Assembly: GCA_001938485.1 (NCBI GenBank)
Contig: MQRK01250726.1
Coordinates: 1-54,552 of the forward strand
Direction: 5' to 3'
DNA length: 54,552 bases
Source: Girardia tigrina
Lineage: Eukaryota
In this document: piece by piece, positions 1 to 13,670 of the stretch
Layout of the letters: each line of letters begins with the position of its first letter
Numbering within the stretch: position 1 is the first letter of the stretch
The notes under the pieces: model-generated
Seen by the model: the letters and a program-made list of their open reading frames with translations, nothing else
Told to the model about the DNA's origin: nothing
The model's database searches: none
Position numbers and translations under genes: made by a program

Positions 1-1264
1 ATTGATTAAGGAATTAAGAAAAGAGATTTACGATTAAAGATAAAGATTTAAGATTTGTGTTTTTAAAAGTGAATAATTGAATTAAAGATAAATTTTAATA
101 ATTTAAAAACCCAACATAATTGTTAGTAAGTTGGAGTGTAAAACTTGCTATCGAGTGTTTAAAGCTATTCTAACGTAAATAAGAAATTCGTAATGTTACG
201 AATGAATTTTGTAAATTAATTTTGTTATGTGTTGTTAATAGTTTTTTTTATTTTTTCTATAATTTTGCGTGAAAGGTTATAAGTACCTCGATTCCGCAGC
301 GATTCATCAAACGACTTCATGACCGGTTTAACGGCGAGCATTATTTAAAATATCACTGAAGGTCGCCGATTAAATTAAAGCAAATGCGAATTCCTCTTTT
401 ATCGATAATTTGTTAGGCGATTGATTATTATTAGGAATTACTTCGTAATATTTTTTTTGCTTAATAAATACATAGAAGTATTAAATGGAAAAGTTTTATA
501 GAATATTATAACATTGGTCGAATAAAATTGAAATTTAGCTTATTGTTAGAGAATTTTACCTAGTTTATTCTGATGGTTTTATCACTAATAATTTTAGCAG
601 ATTTTATATTCGACTCAGTTAATAATTATTAATAATCCAGCGATAACTTTAAGGTTAATTCAATTTAAAACTCAGACGTTATCTAAGTTTCAACGAATCA
701 TGTAGGTTAAGTCGAATTAAAGGGTGATTATACTCGTGTATAGTTTAACGAGTTAAGCAATAATAAAACTTTAAGCACCGCCAATGTTAATGAACAGATT
801 TGATGACAGGGCGCGGGGCACCCGCTGTCGATAGCTGACCATTAAGATACTATCGTACAACAAATTGAAAAGTGCGGATCTACTGTACGGTTATAGCGAA
901 CCTTGACAACGTATATGTTTGAGCGCGTAAAAGTACAGAAATATTATCTCATAAAACACAATAGTATTGTAAGCTCGCGATACATAAAAATATAAGATAA
1001 ATCATCCCTGAGCGACGCTTTGCTAGGTGGGGGGCCCATAGCCCATCCTATCTTTAACTGAACCCGCAGGCCCTTCAGACTCGGCACTGCCAGGCAGATG
1101 TCGAGCGAGAAGAGGCGTCCGACCCATAAATAGATATAGCGTATCAATGAGTATTAACAATTAGCCTATAGATAATATAAGCTGGGATCGGGTTGTGGCT
1201 GACCCTTAACAGTCACTGGGGGCTCTGAGCGTGCAAAACTGCTACGAACAAGTGGGTCGTGACA
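1..1264. mobile_element. Possible LTR end of a retrotransposon running off the left edge
   Basis: GC-richer, CpG-containing non-coding block ending abruptly at ...GGGTCGTGACA (TGTCACGACCC on the minus strand), an LTR-like terminus. No partner LTR is in the window. Confidence 0.3.
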
Positions 1265-2029
1265 CTATAAACACCATTCAGTTCCATCTGGATTTAAACA
1301 CAATTTTGACCTTTCAAAAACAAGAAGAGAAAAAAACTGCGATATTGAATACTTTCTAATGCTATTTTCAAAATAACGGAATAAATCTAATAAGAAACAA
1401 CGACATACTGAAACAAAAATTAACAAAGATACCTATATAAATTGTACTTTACTTCTTTAAAGTCTTATTGAACATTAATTCAGATTTTAAATTAGGCTCA
1501 CCACTTATTTGGTGCACCATGTATGTTTTTGCAGCACCTAAATAACATATTTTTATCAATTGCATCAATTGTTTCCCTTATTTATCATATATTATTAACA
1601 TGACTTAAGCGCATTTGTAAGATTTTACAGAGAGGTTATGTTTTTGATTTATGAAACGATTATTCTAAGCAAATAGAGAAGTCGAAAATTGAACTCTACA
1701 CAAACCATTGGTACACGAAAATAAATGTATTTATGTTGACTTTTAAGAAATAATCAAAAATTGCTTTCTGTTTTAAAAAACATTTAATATTAACAAGATT
1801 AACAGTTTTTGTTGGTTTTACTTCAAAATAATTTGTCTTAATAGTTGAATTGAAACATTTTAAACATGTAAATGAAGTATTATTATATTGAACTTTGAAT
1901 GTATCAGAAAGGTGCAACGTTTTTCAATTAAGTTTCTTAAAGATTAAATTAGAAACTATAGAGCAAATGAAAATTGATCTTTTAATGTATTATTTTGAAT
2001 ACTAGTTGAACCATGTCGAGTAAATGGTA

Positions 2030-2800
2030 TTCCTATTTTAAAATTTTTAAAGCCCATAAAAGATGAATCAAATTACACTTTAAAAGTTAAATCTTTAAAC
2101 TTAATTCCGCTATTTTTTACATTATAGAATTTTTTTAAGAAACAACAGTAATTTGTCTTTTTACGACATTATTGAAAAAAAGGCCTAACAGCAGCCGCTG
2201 CGACTCGAGAAATCTGCTACGTGGAAGGTAAGGATGTGCTCAAGGAAAATACGGCTCAGTGGAGATTTCGTCATTTTAATACAAGAGATACCAGTCTTAA
2301 AAATCAGGAACGTTCAGGTCGATCATCGGTGGTCAACAAAGAGGAGGTTCGTGCACTGGTGAAGCAGCAGCCCTGTACCAGCACCCACAGGCTGTTCGTG
2401 GAGCTCGGTCATTCTCAAACCGCCATTGTTCGTCACCTGCATAACTTGGGTTTTGTAAACAAAATTCACTCTGAGTTCTCCACGAATTAACAAACAATAA
2501 AACCCAGAGTCGAATCGATCATTGCGCGAACTATTCAATAGCCCAAGAGACAGTCGTTTTTGGAAGCGATTTATTACATGAGATGAAAAGTTGATTTTCT
2601 TCTGTAATTTTAGTGGAGGTAGTGTCATGTCACAACATCATTATTTATATTAAATGACTATAAGGAGATGTTGTGCGTTTGGTGGAATCATGAGGAACCT
2701 GTGCAGGTAGAACTTGATCCTGATGGTCAAGTCTTCGATCGTAACCTTTATACTGAACAATTACAGCGATTTCATAATACTTTGAACACTCGTATTAGAA
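2030..2800 (+). mobile_element. Degenerate mariner transposase fragment
   Basis: AAAATREIC..G...TAQWRF..F...L.NQERSGR HTH region, ITCDEK-like motif and MLCVWW; contains stops and frameshifts. Boundaries approximate. Confidence 0.85.
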
Positions 2801-3409
2801 ATCGTAAAATATTAATTTTAAAACAATCAGCAAAAATATTTATTGATTTTGCAAACTGTTTGTTAGAACATTGCGAGGTCTTCCATAATTCATTCTGCAA
2901 TTTCATATAAATATCACAATAAAGGCGCTTCAATTGATAGACAAACTCGAGACAGATTTGAGAGACATGGAAAATATTTTCATCGGATTTGGAGATATTT
3001 TGCAAATGATAAAGATGACAATTTGGATGAACAATATCAGAATTTGATAAAATTATCAGAAAACAGAAAATAAGAAAGAGAAATTAGCGATAATTTTTTA
3101 ATTGAAGATTTGAATTTGTAATTTATTTGTCGAGTAAAACAAAAAAATTGAAATTTATTTAAAATTTAATAATAAAGATTTTTTCCAAAAATTATTTTGG
3201 GACCTTTCGATTGTTTGAGAAACAATGAATAAGAAAATTGTCAAAAACCCGACTTTTCGAAACGATCAGTTGATGAGCAAAAAATACGTTACATAAAATA
3301 GGATAAAGAGCGAGCGAGCATTACAACTCGTTACGCAAGATATTGAATCGCGATAATGTCAAAACGACCTTAGTTTTGCAAGATTGTTCGAACAGTTCTA
3401 ATTTGTTTC

Positions 3410-4120
3410 CATTCAGGTCTCCTGCTGCCCAGTCCAAATCACACTACCAGACGACTGTCATTTAAATCTATTCAGCCGTGACCAACCTGGCGAATCAGAA
3501 TTGCTCTACGATAGGAAAACCGAAGTATCCAGAGAAATGAGAGAACCAACAACCGAGGTCCCAATCCAACGACATTCCAAGTGTCTATTGTAGTGCAATT
3601 CAGAAAACAGAGGGCCTACTCTCAATGCATCAGCAACAACGCTGACGTTCTCTTCAGGACGCTTATACAAACAGTGCAGGAAAACCTTAGGACAAACATA
3701 CTTTGGCTTCTCCGCCTCAGATTGGTAGCCCGCCATCAGTCTACCTTACGTTGAATCATGACATACAGAAATGGCTAGTCGACATGGAAGATCAGGAGAA
3801 TCCTTGAAACTCAATCAATTATATCTTACCACATCCGTTGAATGGATGTGATCAAACAATGTGATCCACAACGAAAACCTGCATCTAGCTTAGTTTTTGG
3901 AACAAAGAACATCCGGTGTCTGCCATTCTTCGAGATCCATGCCGCCTAGAGGTAATTCTGAGAACTGAGAATTGATTAAACAGAGTGATATAAATTAAAC
4001 TGTGATATATTGAGGGATACTCACATATCTTCGACTATTACGAGTATTGAGAATAAGAGTTTGGAAAGCGGTAAGATGAAGAACAATATCTCCCATCCAA
4101 AACTGAATAACTGCTCCCAA
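3410..4120 (-). mobile_element. Degenerate non-LTR retrotransposon fragment (APE endonuclease-like)
   Basis: Raised GC content; minus-strand traces of APE motifs (LYKRP, DFN, DHI); heavily decayed. Confidence 0.4.
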
Positions 4121-5099
4121 AGGAATTTATTTTTAAAATATTTTAAAATTTTATTATAAATGTATCTTTTAATGATTTTTCATATTTTTTCAAAAATTTC
4201 TGACTGCAAATAATACTTCTTTAATTTATTACAGATAACATGCACATATAAAAGTAGTATAGTAACAGAATACCACCGATATAAGAGAGAAGTACATAGA
4301 AATGATAACATGACGACAGAGTTTGAGTAATCAAATTGAGTTTTCAGCTTGATTCTTGTTTCTGGTGGGATGCAACTGGACCTTAACCAATCTGCAAAAA
4401 CTAACCGAAGAATTTTTGAATTTGTATGAAATTATCACGTGTAAATTTGATTTTTTTTGTTCATTTTCGAAAATGTTAATTAATTAGTTAATTATTTAAG
4501 AAAAATTTGTATTTTGGAAATGAATAGTAAAAAATTTTTAAAAATATGTCTAGTGTTGTTGTATGATATTTCTAAATAATAAAAAATTATTTAAGAAAAA
4601 TTTAGAGTTGTCCATTGAACTGTTTTAATAATACCTGCAAATTTTCGATACCAAAGGAAAACATTTGAAAATAAGAAAATATTGAATTTTTAAAACAGGC
4701 TTTTCTTGTTAATATTTCACACTTCATTAATGAAATATAAACTCAATTATTTATTCAACTTGTCCTTGAAGAGTGTTTCCTGCTTTCGCAAAACCGATCG
4801 AGCAACACACAGATGTTTTAACGCCCGTTGTACGTCGGCACTATCTTCAAAGTGCTCATTAGGCCTTAATAGCTTGTGTGATAATAAAATTGAGAAAATA
4901 AATAATTTCGAAAACTGTCACGCCAGATGTATTTCAAATCAACTATCAAAAATGACCGATATAAATAAATTTATTTTTTTTCATTTCACAATTATATTTA
5001 AAATTTAAACACTTATCTCTAGTGTGGAGCCCTCACCTGGCCGGGCGTCAACTCACGGGTTACTGGTATAATATGTATATTGTACAAGGCATCTTAACA

Positions 5100-6509
5100 T
5101 TTTATTCATCGTTCATCGACAGAATTTTAAATCATTGGGATGCTGTCATTTTAATTTTGAAATTATTTACGGCCAAGCATGTTTTTGATTAGTATTTTGT
5201 TGATGGCAGGAGGATGGATGCGGCGCAGTTGCGGGGCTCCGATATTGGGAACGTGGAAACACTTGGACGGGAAAGAGAGGGAATACAGTACTCTTTTGAC
5301 TCTGTACATCATTAACTACCTAAATCACTGTACTGATGGCTGATTTCTCGAGAGCTCAGAGAGTACGCGTGATAGCCCTTAGTCTGCACACTACGAAAAA
5401 GCACAGAGAGATTGCCATCGATTTTGGAATGTACCAGTCGACAGTCACTCATATCATCAACCACTATAAGCGCACTAACTTTGTGGAAACCCTGCGAAAG
5501 GGTAAATGTGGAACTTTAGCAAAAGTGAAGGAGGGTGGAAAACGTTACATCATTCGTGAAAGTGTTAAAGATCCACGGAAGACGGCCTCCGAAATCCAAA
5601 GGTCTGCTGGCACGTCAGCCGCATATATCAGCTTTCGAACCATTCAACGTATTCTGAAGAATGGTGGCAGACGCTGTTATCGTCCTAGGAAGGTGCACAA
5701 ATTTGACCCTGCGAAGAAGAAGAGGCCCTGGGATTGGGGCCTTCTTCTTTGCTTTATCCATTTTTATTTGTCTTTGCCTCATTTTATCCATTTCTAAGGT
5801 TATCTTTACCGACCAAGCAATGGTAAAGGTGGGTCAACTGCGAGTGCAGTACGTACGCCGCAGCAAGGGAGAGATTCCTCGTGACGAGCGCTTCGATCAT
5901 CGCCACGGCTACGTAATCAAAGTGATGTTTTGGGGAGCCATCACCATCTTCGTCACAGGTGGTTTAGTTCCTGTCGATGGGACTATGAATGCCAAAAAAT
6001 ATATCGACTACTGGCTGATACCCTCTTCGGTACCACCCCATGGAAACTGTTACAGGATAGAACCCGGTGCCACACTACTACAACCACCAAGGTTTCTATA
6101 GAGCAAGAAGGAATACAGTGTATCGAATGTTGTTCATACTCTCCGGATATGAACCCGATAGAAAACGTTTGGAGCGTGTTTAAGCGAAAATTGTACCTTC
6201 AAGGCAGTGTCAACTCCAGACAACAGTTAATTGAGAGAGCGCAACAAATCTGGCATAATGATATTGAGTTGAGAGATGTTGCCAGAAACTGTGTGCTTTC
6301 CACGCAGTCGTGTGTTAGCGCTCTCAAGAACAGCAAGGGTGGCCACACCTATTAATAACACGTGTACATGTGTGGTGTGTTCTTTGATGTAGAGTACATG
6401 CAGATTAACTACAATTATATCTTTTTTGGACATAGTATTGCACTTTTTCTGTCAACATGCGGTAAATATCAATATTTTCCCCTTGATGCAATTAATCTGT
6501 CGCGAACTG
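5100..6509 (+). mobile_element. Tc1-like element with frameshifted transposase (5336-6355)
   Basis: Three overlapping ORFs give an HTH region, VIFTDQ, VMFWGAI, QD..RCHT and SPDMNPIENVW. The right end ...CGCGAACTG|TA is TIR-like; the left TIR was not recovered. Confidence 0.92.
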
Positions 6510-6543
6510 TATATATATATAATTTTAATTTAGAATTTTTTCT

Positions 6544-6580
<37 letters not shown>

Positions 6581-6920
6581 TTGTAATTCGAAACCGAACA
6601 ATTATTTAAATATTCTGTTTATGAAAAGATAATTTTTAAGATCCGAATCTAAGAAAACGATTACATTTTGCAGAAATAAAGATGAAAAGTGCCACACATT
6701 ATCACTTTCACAATATTCAACGTGTTTTAGTGTTCCTAAATGCCACATATTTCAGATCAAGTGTACCATGAAACCATTTTGTAAAAATTTCTATGAAGTC
6801 CTTTAATATAATAAAATATAGAAAGTGATAATAATCGAATTTATTTTATATTTAAAATTTAAAAAAATAAAATCATATCAAAAATCAAAATGTTTATATA
6901 AATAATACAAAAATCAGTCT

Positions 6921-6983
6921 TTAGAATACCGGAATTTTGTCTCTGTTATATTTGAACAAACTATCATCAACATTTTGAAGAGC
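6921..6983 (-). CDS. sid-1: sid-1-like terminal exon: [20 protein letters not shown]
   Basis: Matches the SIDT C-terminus DD.L....RDKI.VF; TAA stop at 6921-6923. Confidence 0.95.
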   Translation of the reverse strand, partial: ALQNVDDSLFKYNRDKIPVF

Positions 6984-9900
6984 CTTTCAAAAATAAAATT
7001 TATCAATAATATTTATACTTAAAAAAATTCTACCATAAAAGAAAAGAACATTGCTAAAGACGACAGAAAATGCCAAACATCGTGGATGTCATAAAACCCT
7101 AAAAATATACAATCTTTATTGTACTCCCTAGATTTGGCTGGAGATTCCTTAAGAATTAAAAGGAAGCAATGTTAGGCATTTGAGATAACTTGTACAAATA
7201 CCTGCCAGTCCGTTGGATAATTAATGAAACAGTATAATGAAAATCCCCAACATAAAGCACCAATCAATAAATAAACAATCGATAATGGATAAAAAGGCTC
7301 GCGAACAATGATCTAAATATATTTTAAAATATTAAAAATTTATGATAAGGTTAACAATCATTAAACGTTTTGCATTAAATAGAAAAGATTAGGAAAATAA
7401 AGACTGTTATTTTATCTATGCATGACAGTCTTTGCACTCTGGATGCTATTTTCTTTAGAGAAGAATCGACGTCTTTCTTCTACATTATCCGAAATCATTT
7501 TCTTATTGTAAAATGATATTTTAATTTAATGACATATTTGCATAAATTCTCCAATTATTACTAAAGAACTTATTTTTGAGACATTTGGAAAATGTTGCTT
7601 GAATCATTTATACTTTTAAATTTATATTTTTTTATTAAGTTAACTTAATATTTTTAAACAAAAATAACACCATTTTAATTTTAAATTTTTATTGGAAAAC
7701 ATGTTTCGCCACTTTTGTGGCATCTTCAGTTCTGTATTTAATTAGAAAGTTATTGTTTATATAGAAAGATAACCATTACGTCACAGTGTGTTACGTCAAA
7801 ATACTCTAATATGATTGGACGAATCACTTTGCACATTTAGACTAGGTTTACAAAACTTTATCAAGAGTGCTTCAGTAATTGTCCTTTCATAATTGTGATC
7901 AAAGTTACTAATCAAAACCCGAAAATCATTATCAAATACCCTCCTTTGAGTTCCATGACATTTCACCATGTGGTCCAAAATTAAGCTTTTTCTACTTGAT
8001 TGGGTGTGTTTTGCAATTCTAGTACGGAGGTGACGATTTGTCTCTCCAATGTACAAGGATTCACATTTGTGACATTTATATTGGTAAACTAAATTTGCTT
8101 TCATACCCAATTGTGTTTTAGATTTATTTGAGAAGTAATTAGAATTTTTATTAGTTAGAAACAATACTTTAATTGTAATTCCTACTGGGGCCTGTTTTTC
8201 TAAAATTCGTTTAAAATCCCTAGCACCTTCGGAATATGGAATTTTTAAATAAAATTTTTTGAATTAATCACTTCCTCAGTTGCATTCAAATTTTTATTAG
8301 TTTTGTCTTTTGATTTTAAATAAATTGACTCCACAGTATTTTTATTGATGTTATTTAAATATTTCTTATTATAACCATATATAATAGAAATATGATTAAA
8401 GGTCTAGTGCATAGAGTTTGGAGTTTAAATTCTTATTTTGAAATTTTTGATAAAGAAATTGATACTCTTCATAATAGACTTAGTATTAATGGTTCTGTGA
8501 TATGGTACATCAATTTTCGAATAAAAAATGATAAATGATCCATGGAATTAGATTAACATTAAATATTATAGAATCAAAAGTTGTTGAATCACTGAATTTG
8601 TATTGGAACAAAATTGTAGATAAAGAAATAATATTACAGTGGTTTAAAATGTTTAAATCTTTAAAACAATACCATTAAAAGTTATAATTAAAACTACCTT
8701 CATTATAATATACACAAAGAAATATAACAACAGGTTTGTCATAAAGATTGCGAGAAAATGTGATGAGAAATTTTGCGGTTGTTTAATCGCTCCATATAAT
8801 GCACTAAAATTAAAATAATCAAAAATGATATTTAAATTATAAAATTTAAAATATGTAATTTAGTTAAAGTTGACTCAACGTTAGAAAAACATTTCTGATT
8901 TTTATGAGCAGTGATTTCAATTTATATATTTTATGACTATTAATTTACATTCATAATTGTACGAAATATGTGGAAAAGTATATGTTAACCGATTAAAAAG
9001 AACCTGTGATTTGTGTTCTTCTACGAAAAAAGGATGTAATACGTTTTTGTTTAACTTTCTCACCAATTGAAGAGTAAGCAATTTCTTGAAAAGTAAATTC
9101 TTTCAATTGAATAAATGTAAAATGTTTTGATTTTTGATGCTTAAAACAACACTCCAAGTTTTTTAAGAACCTACTAATATTTGACAATAACAATAATAAA
9201 AATTACCTATATCTGTCTATAATGTATAAGTAGTTCGAAGGTGTATCGAATTTTTAAAGGAAAAGGTTAAAAATTTAAAATATAAAATGATTGCATAACT
9301 CAAATTATAAATAAGATACTTCTTTAAAATAATAAAAAAAGCAATATGAGTAAATAAAGGAATAATAAATAAATTATTTTAACATGGTGTATCAAATAAC
9401 AATTGTAGTGGAAAATAATATCAATAGAAAACCCTTAAAACAAACCCTTATGTACTAAAACTGAAAATCTATCATCTCAATATTTCATTCAACAATAAAT
9501 GAAATTGTAATAAACAAATGTAGTGAAAAAACAATATTGTGGAAATCAAAGATCAAAGTTTGAAGAATAATTCTGGCTTTATTGAAATGGCATTGTAAGA
9601 AATATACGTACAGCAGATTAACATAAGATAAAAGATCGTCCAAAGTAAATCTTTTATCTTTTCTTAACGCTTTTAGAGAAAAACTGATGGAATTATAAAC
9701 ATTGGTAATTTGCAAAAGCTGTTTAAAATACTTTGTGATCCAATATAATTTTAAAAGAGCCTTAAAACTAAGATGATTTTACATAAAGGTACATTTTAAT
9801 TATAACTATTCAAATAGCTTTACAAGAAATTTCAAAGGTTTAGAACATTTTTTATGATTACATCTGAATTCATAAATATATTTACAGTTGTAAATTTTAA

Positions 9901-12900
9901 AGGACAATTGTAGAAACTCCATTCACAAAATTACGTAAAAGTGATAACATACTTACCGTTAATTTTATATTATTTTGGATGCTATAGTAATCTTACCTTT
10001 TTCAAATTAGAATAATTATTATATATATAATATCATGTGTGAAAATGTTTTTTTTCTGATGGATATTGTTTAAAAAATCCTCCTTCTAACTTATAATTTA
10101 TTTGTTCACTTATTTTTACTCAACACATTTTTCACGGTTTGTAATATGCGTTTTTGATACTACTGTATTGTGTTTTATTGTGAGTTTAAAGAATTAATTT
10201 TAGAATAATGTTCATATTTTTGGTATTTCGCGTGATTCCTTTATGAATATTTCCCCCAGGCTCTAGATCAAACCAATAATCCTTCTCCGACTCACTAGAC
10301 TCAAACGACTTATCGGCAATGGCTATAAAATCGTCTAGAGGAATGGTCGCGTTGTGGTTCACCGTGCAAGTTATCTATAATATGTGATTTTAATATACAG
10401 TGCATTCCACTTATCTCGAAATTGGTTAACTATTATTTCCGAATAAGTCGAAGTCTTTCAGGAGAATTAAATAATGTTCAGAATTATTTAATAGTTTCAG
10501 TTTTTTTAAGTCAAACATGGATAAATCGAAGTTTCGGATAAGTCGAAATATATAAACTGCTGTTTTAATAAAAAATCATTGGTGAAATAAAACAAATTTT
10601 GATTTAATTTACAAAAATAATCATTCACAAGAACAGTATCACACAAAAAATATATAATCATATATCAAATGTCTAAAAGTTCTTACTTAAAAAGTCAGTT
10701 ATCTTACTCTACTGCTGTTTCTTCGAAATATAATTCAGAAAACATTCTTCGATAGCAGTAAGATGGTTAATGAAGGAAGCATTCTGACTGCAAGCTGTAT
10801 ATTGGATTCAGTTTCCAATTATTTCGATGGATTTTGAAACATCTTTTTGGAAGGGGTTATAATTTCGGCAGAGTCATCCATGCCATCCTTAGCTTTAGTT
10901 TCATCTTTTGCTGCACAGGTGACCTGGGATTTGATTTCATCATCAGTGGATGGATAAGGTTTTTGCACGTCATCATCACATGCCAAAAAGATTTTAAAAT
11001 TTACATCACTTGGTATTTCAATATAAGTCCGCATTCTTCCAAAAGATTGTCCATGTATAATACGTAGTTTGATCTTAGTTGGAAGTTTCAGCTGATATGA
11101 TGATCTGAATTTCAGTTGTTGTTTCGGCTACATTTTTGAATCAAGCTTTCATACAACAATTACTAATAGTCAAGGATGTAACATCAGACCATGTGTGATT
11201 TAACATGTCGATTGCATTTTTATTATAATAGTTTTTGTATCTCACCTTAAATCATAAGCCATAACTTTTTTTGCAAAAGAATTTTTCGGAAATTTCCTTT
11301 AAAATTTTTTTGAATTATTCTTGTATCACACGGATGTAGCTGCGATGTTGCGTTAGTGGTAAAAAACTAAACGAGTGTATGTCAAATCATCAATTCTTGT
11401 TTGAGCAGCGCAGTTGTCAACAAAAAGAAACTATAAGTTGTTGAAGCTTCATGGTATATCCAAACTGATGTATCCATTGTTTCAAAAAAATCTGATTACA
11501 TATCTCTATTCAACGGACAAAAACTTAACCCCTTTTAAACATCTAGGACTAATTAATTTTCTGATGACTAACAATTTGAGTTTATCATTACCATCCATGT
11601 TTGTTGCCACCATAACAGTCAACCGCTCCTTACTTTGTTTCTCACCTGATCAAACAGTTTTTTGGGCAACATTCGCCAAAAGAGGACTGTTTCATCATCA
11701 TTATAAATATTGGAAAGTGAATAATCTTTTATTATACAATTGCTTACCACAGCACTACCAACACTTTCTGATTCTCTCACAATGGTACTAAAAATAATTG
11801 AATTACGTTGCTTTTATCTTTCAATCCAATCAACTGTGCCTTGAAATCAGTGTGACTTAACTGGTGAGCAAGAGATGTTGCCTTTCCACTGATCGGTAAT
11901 AATTCATTGTGATTTTGACGGAACCAGATTAACAAAACTTTATCAAGATCAACGAATTTGTGGTCTTGTAGCCGTTGTCTTATTGAATAAAATGAACCAC
12001 TTTAATTTATTGACTTTATTTTTTCTTTATTTTACAAAATTGTTCATAATGTATTGCTTGTAATACCAAAGACGCAGCTACGTCAATTTTTTTTCTCAGC
12101 CTTCTCAACTCTGTGCATCAGCTTTCTGGTCAATTGATAAAGTCTTGAGTTGACGTTTAGTTTTGATTTTCCATACTACAGAAATCGGGAATGAAATATA
12201 AATAACCCAATGCTAAAAATCTATGCTATTACTTTAAGTTATTAAGTTATTAATTTAAGTTATAATATAAAATTTAATGCAATTCCAACATCGAGTTATC
12301 CAGAGTGCACTGTATATATATATATAAAATAAATATAAATATATATAAATATATATATATAAAAGTATATTTGTAAATATTGATACTATTTAATTTTTTG
12401 GTCACTACAATATAAAAATATTTTCTTTGTGAAAAAAAATATCCTTATTGAAATAAACGAAAATCAATGTCAAAATCACATGCTAATTTCTATTCCTTTG
12501 ATATTGTAAAAGGTAATGTTAAGGTTATGTTGACAGTGTTACAAAGAAGAATCACACCGAAAGTGGATCAAGATCTCAGCGAGATGCAGACAGGCTTCAG
12601 AAGGGACCACAGCACTACGGAGCAGATAACCAACTTAAGACTGACTTGTGAGAAAACCAGGGACCACAAAAGAATAATTTGTCTGGCTTAAAACAAAATC
12701 AAAAAGTAATGTTTTACTCTTTGTTGAAATTTTTCGTATGTTCCTCTGATCTTTGATTCATTAAAATCAGAGAAAAAGGAATCTTGATGCATAAGGGATA
12801 TCTAAAATTTTTAAATTGAAAAAAATGTCATAAAAATTAAAAACCATGAATTTTCAAAAATCAAATTCTTAAATTATTTTTTTAAAAATGGGATTTAGCT

Positions 12901-13630
12901 AAACAAATCTTAGTTAGAAATAATATATTTGATAATATTTCAATAATAAATTAATAGATTTCTTTGCAAAAATTGGATAATTATTTCTCTAAAATAAAGA
13001 TTTTGAAAATTATTTGCAATATTTGGTTGACATTTAAGGTTGAAATTGATATACAAAAGGTTGAAAACTATTTGATAAAAGCTATAAATTATTTTTAAAA
13101 GGTTCAAGATTACTTTAAAATGCTATAATAATAATAATAATAATATAAATCTTACAATGCTAAATTCACGGCATTAATAAAAAGAAGAGTAATCATTCGA
13201 CTTTTGTGTGTTGGAACAAAACATTTCCATTTTTCATTTAATACACGAATATATATCCGAATAGGTAAACCAAAATCTAATATTAGAAAATATAAAATAA
13301 AATTGTTATGCATTAATTATGGATTTAATGTTTTCCTTTGAAATAAAAGATAATTTTTTAAAATAAAAGTACGACAAAAATTAAATAAAATTTTATGTTT
13401 GCAATATAAGATTGGAGAATGATTTTTAGAACACCTTACACTTTACGTCCATTATAACAAAGATTTATAAGTAAATTAGTTCTATAACCGTCCTTATTTT
13501 GTAAAATGGCATGCAAATATCTAGGAAGGATATGATTTAGGCATTTGTAGATGCAATGCAATATATGTCCAAAACTGATCACTTTAAGCCACATGATAAG
13601 CATAATATAAATAGTTGTTGTCATATGATG

Positions 13631-13670
<40 letters not shown>

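Noticed and set aside
6840-6845. AATAAA on the minus strand about 75 nt after the sid-1 stop
   Set aside because: A plausible poly(A) signal, but such hexamers are too frequent at this AT content to call.
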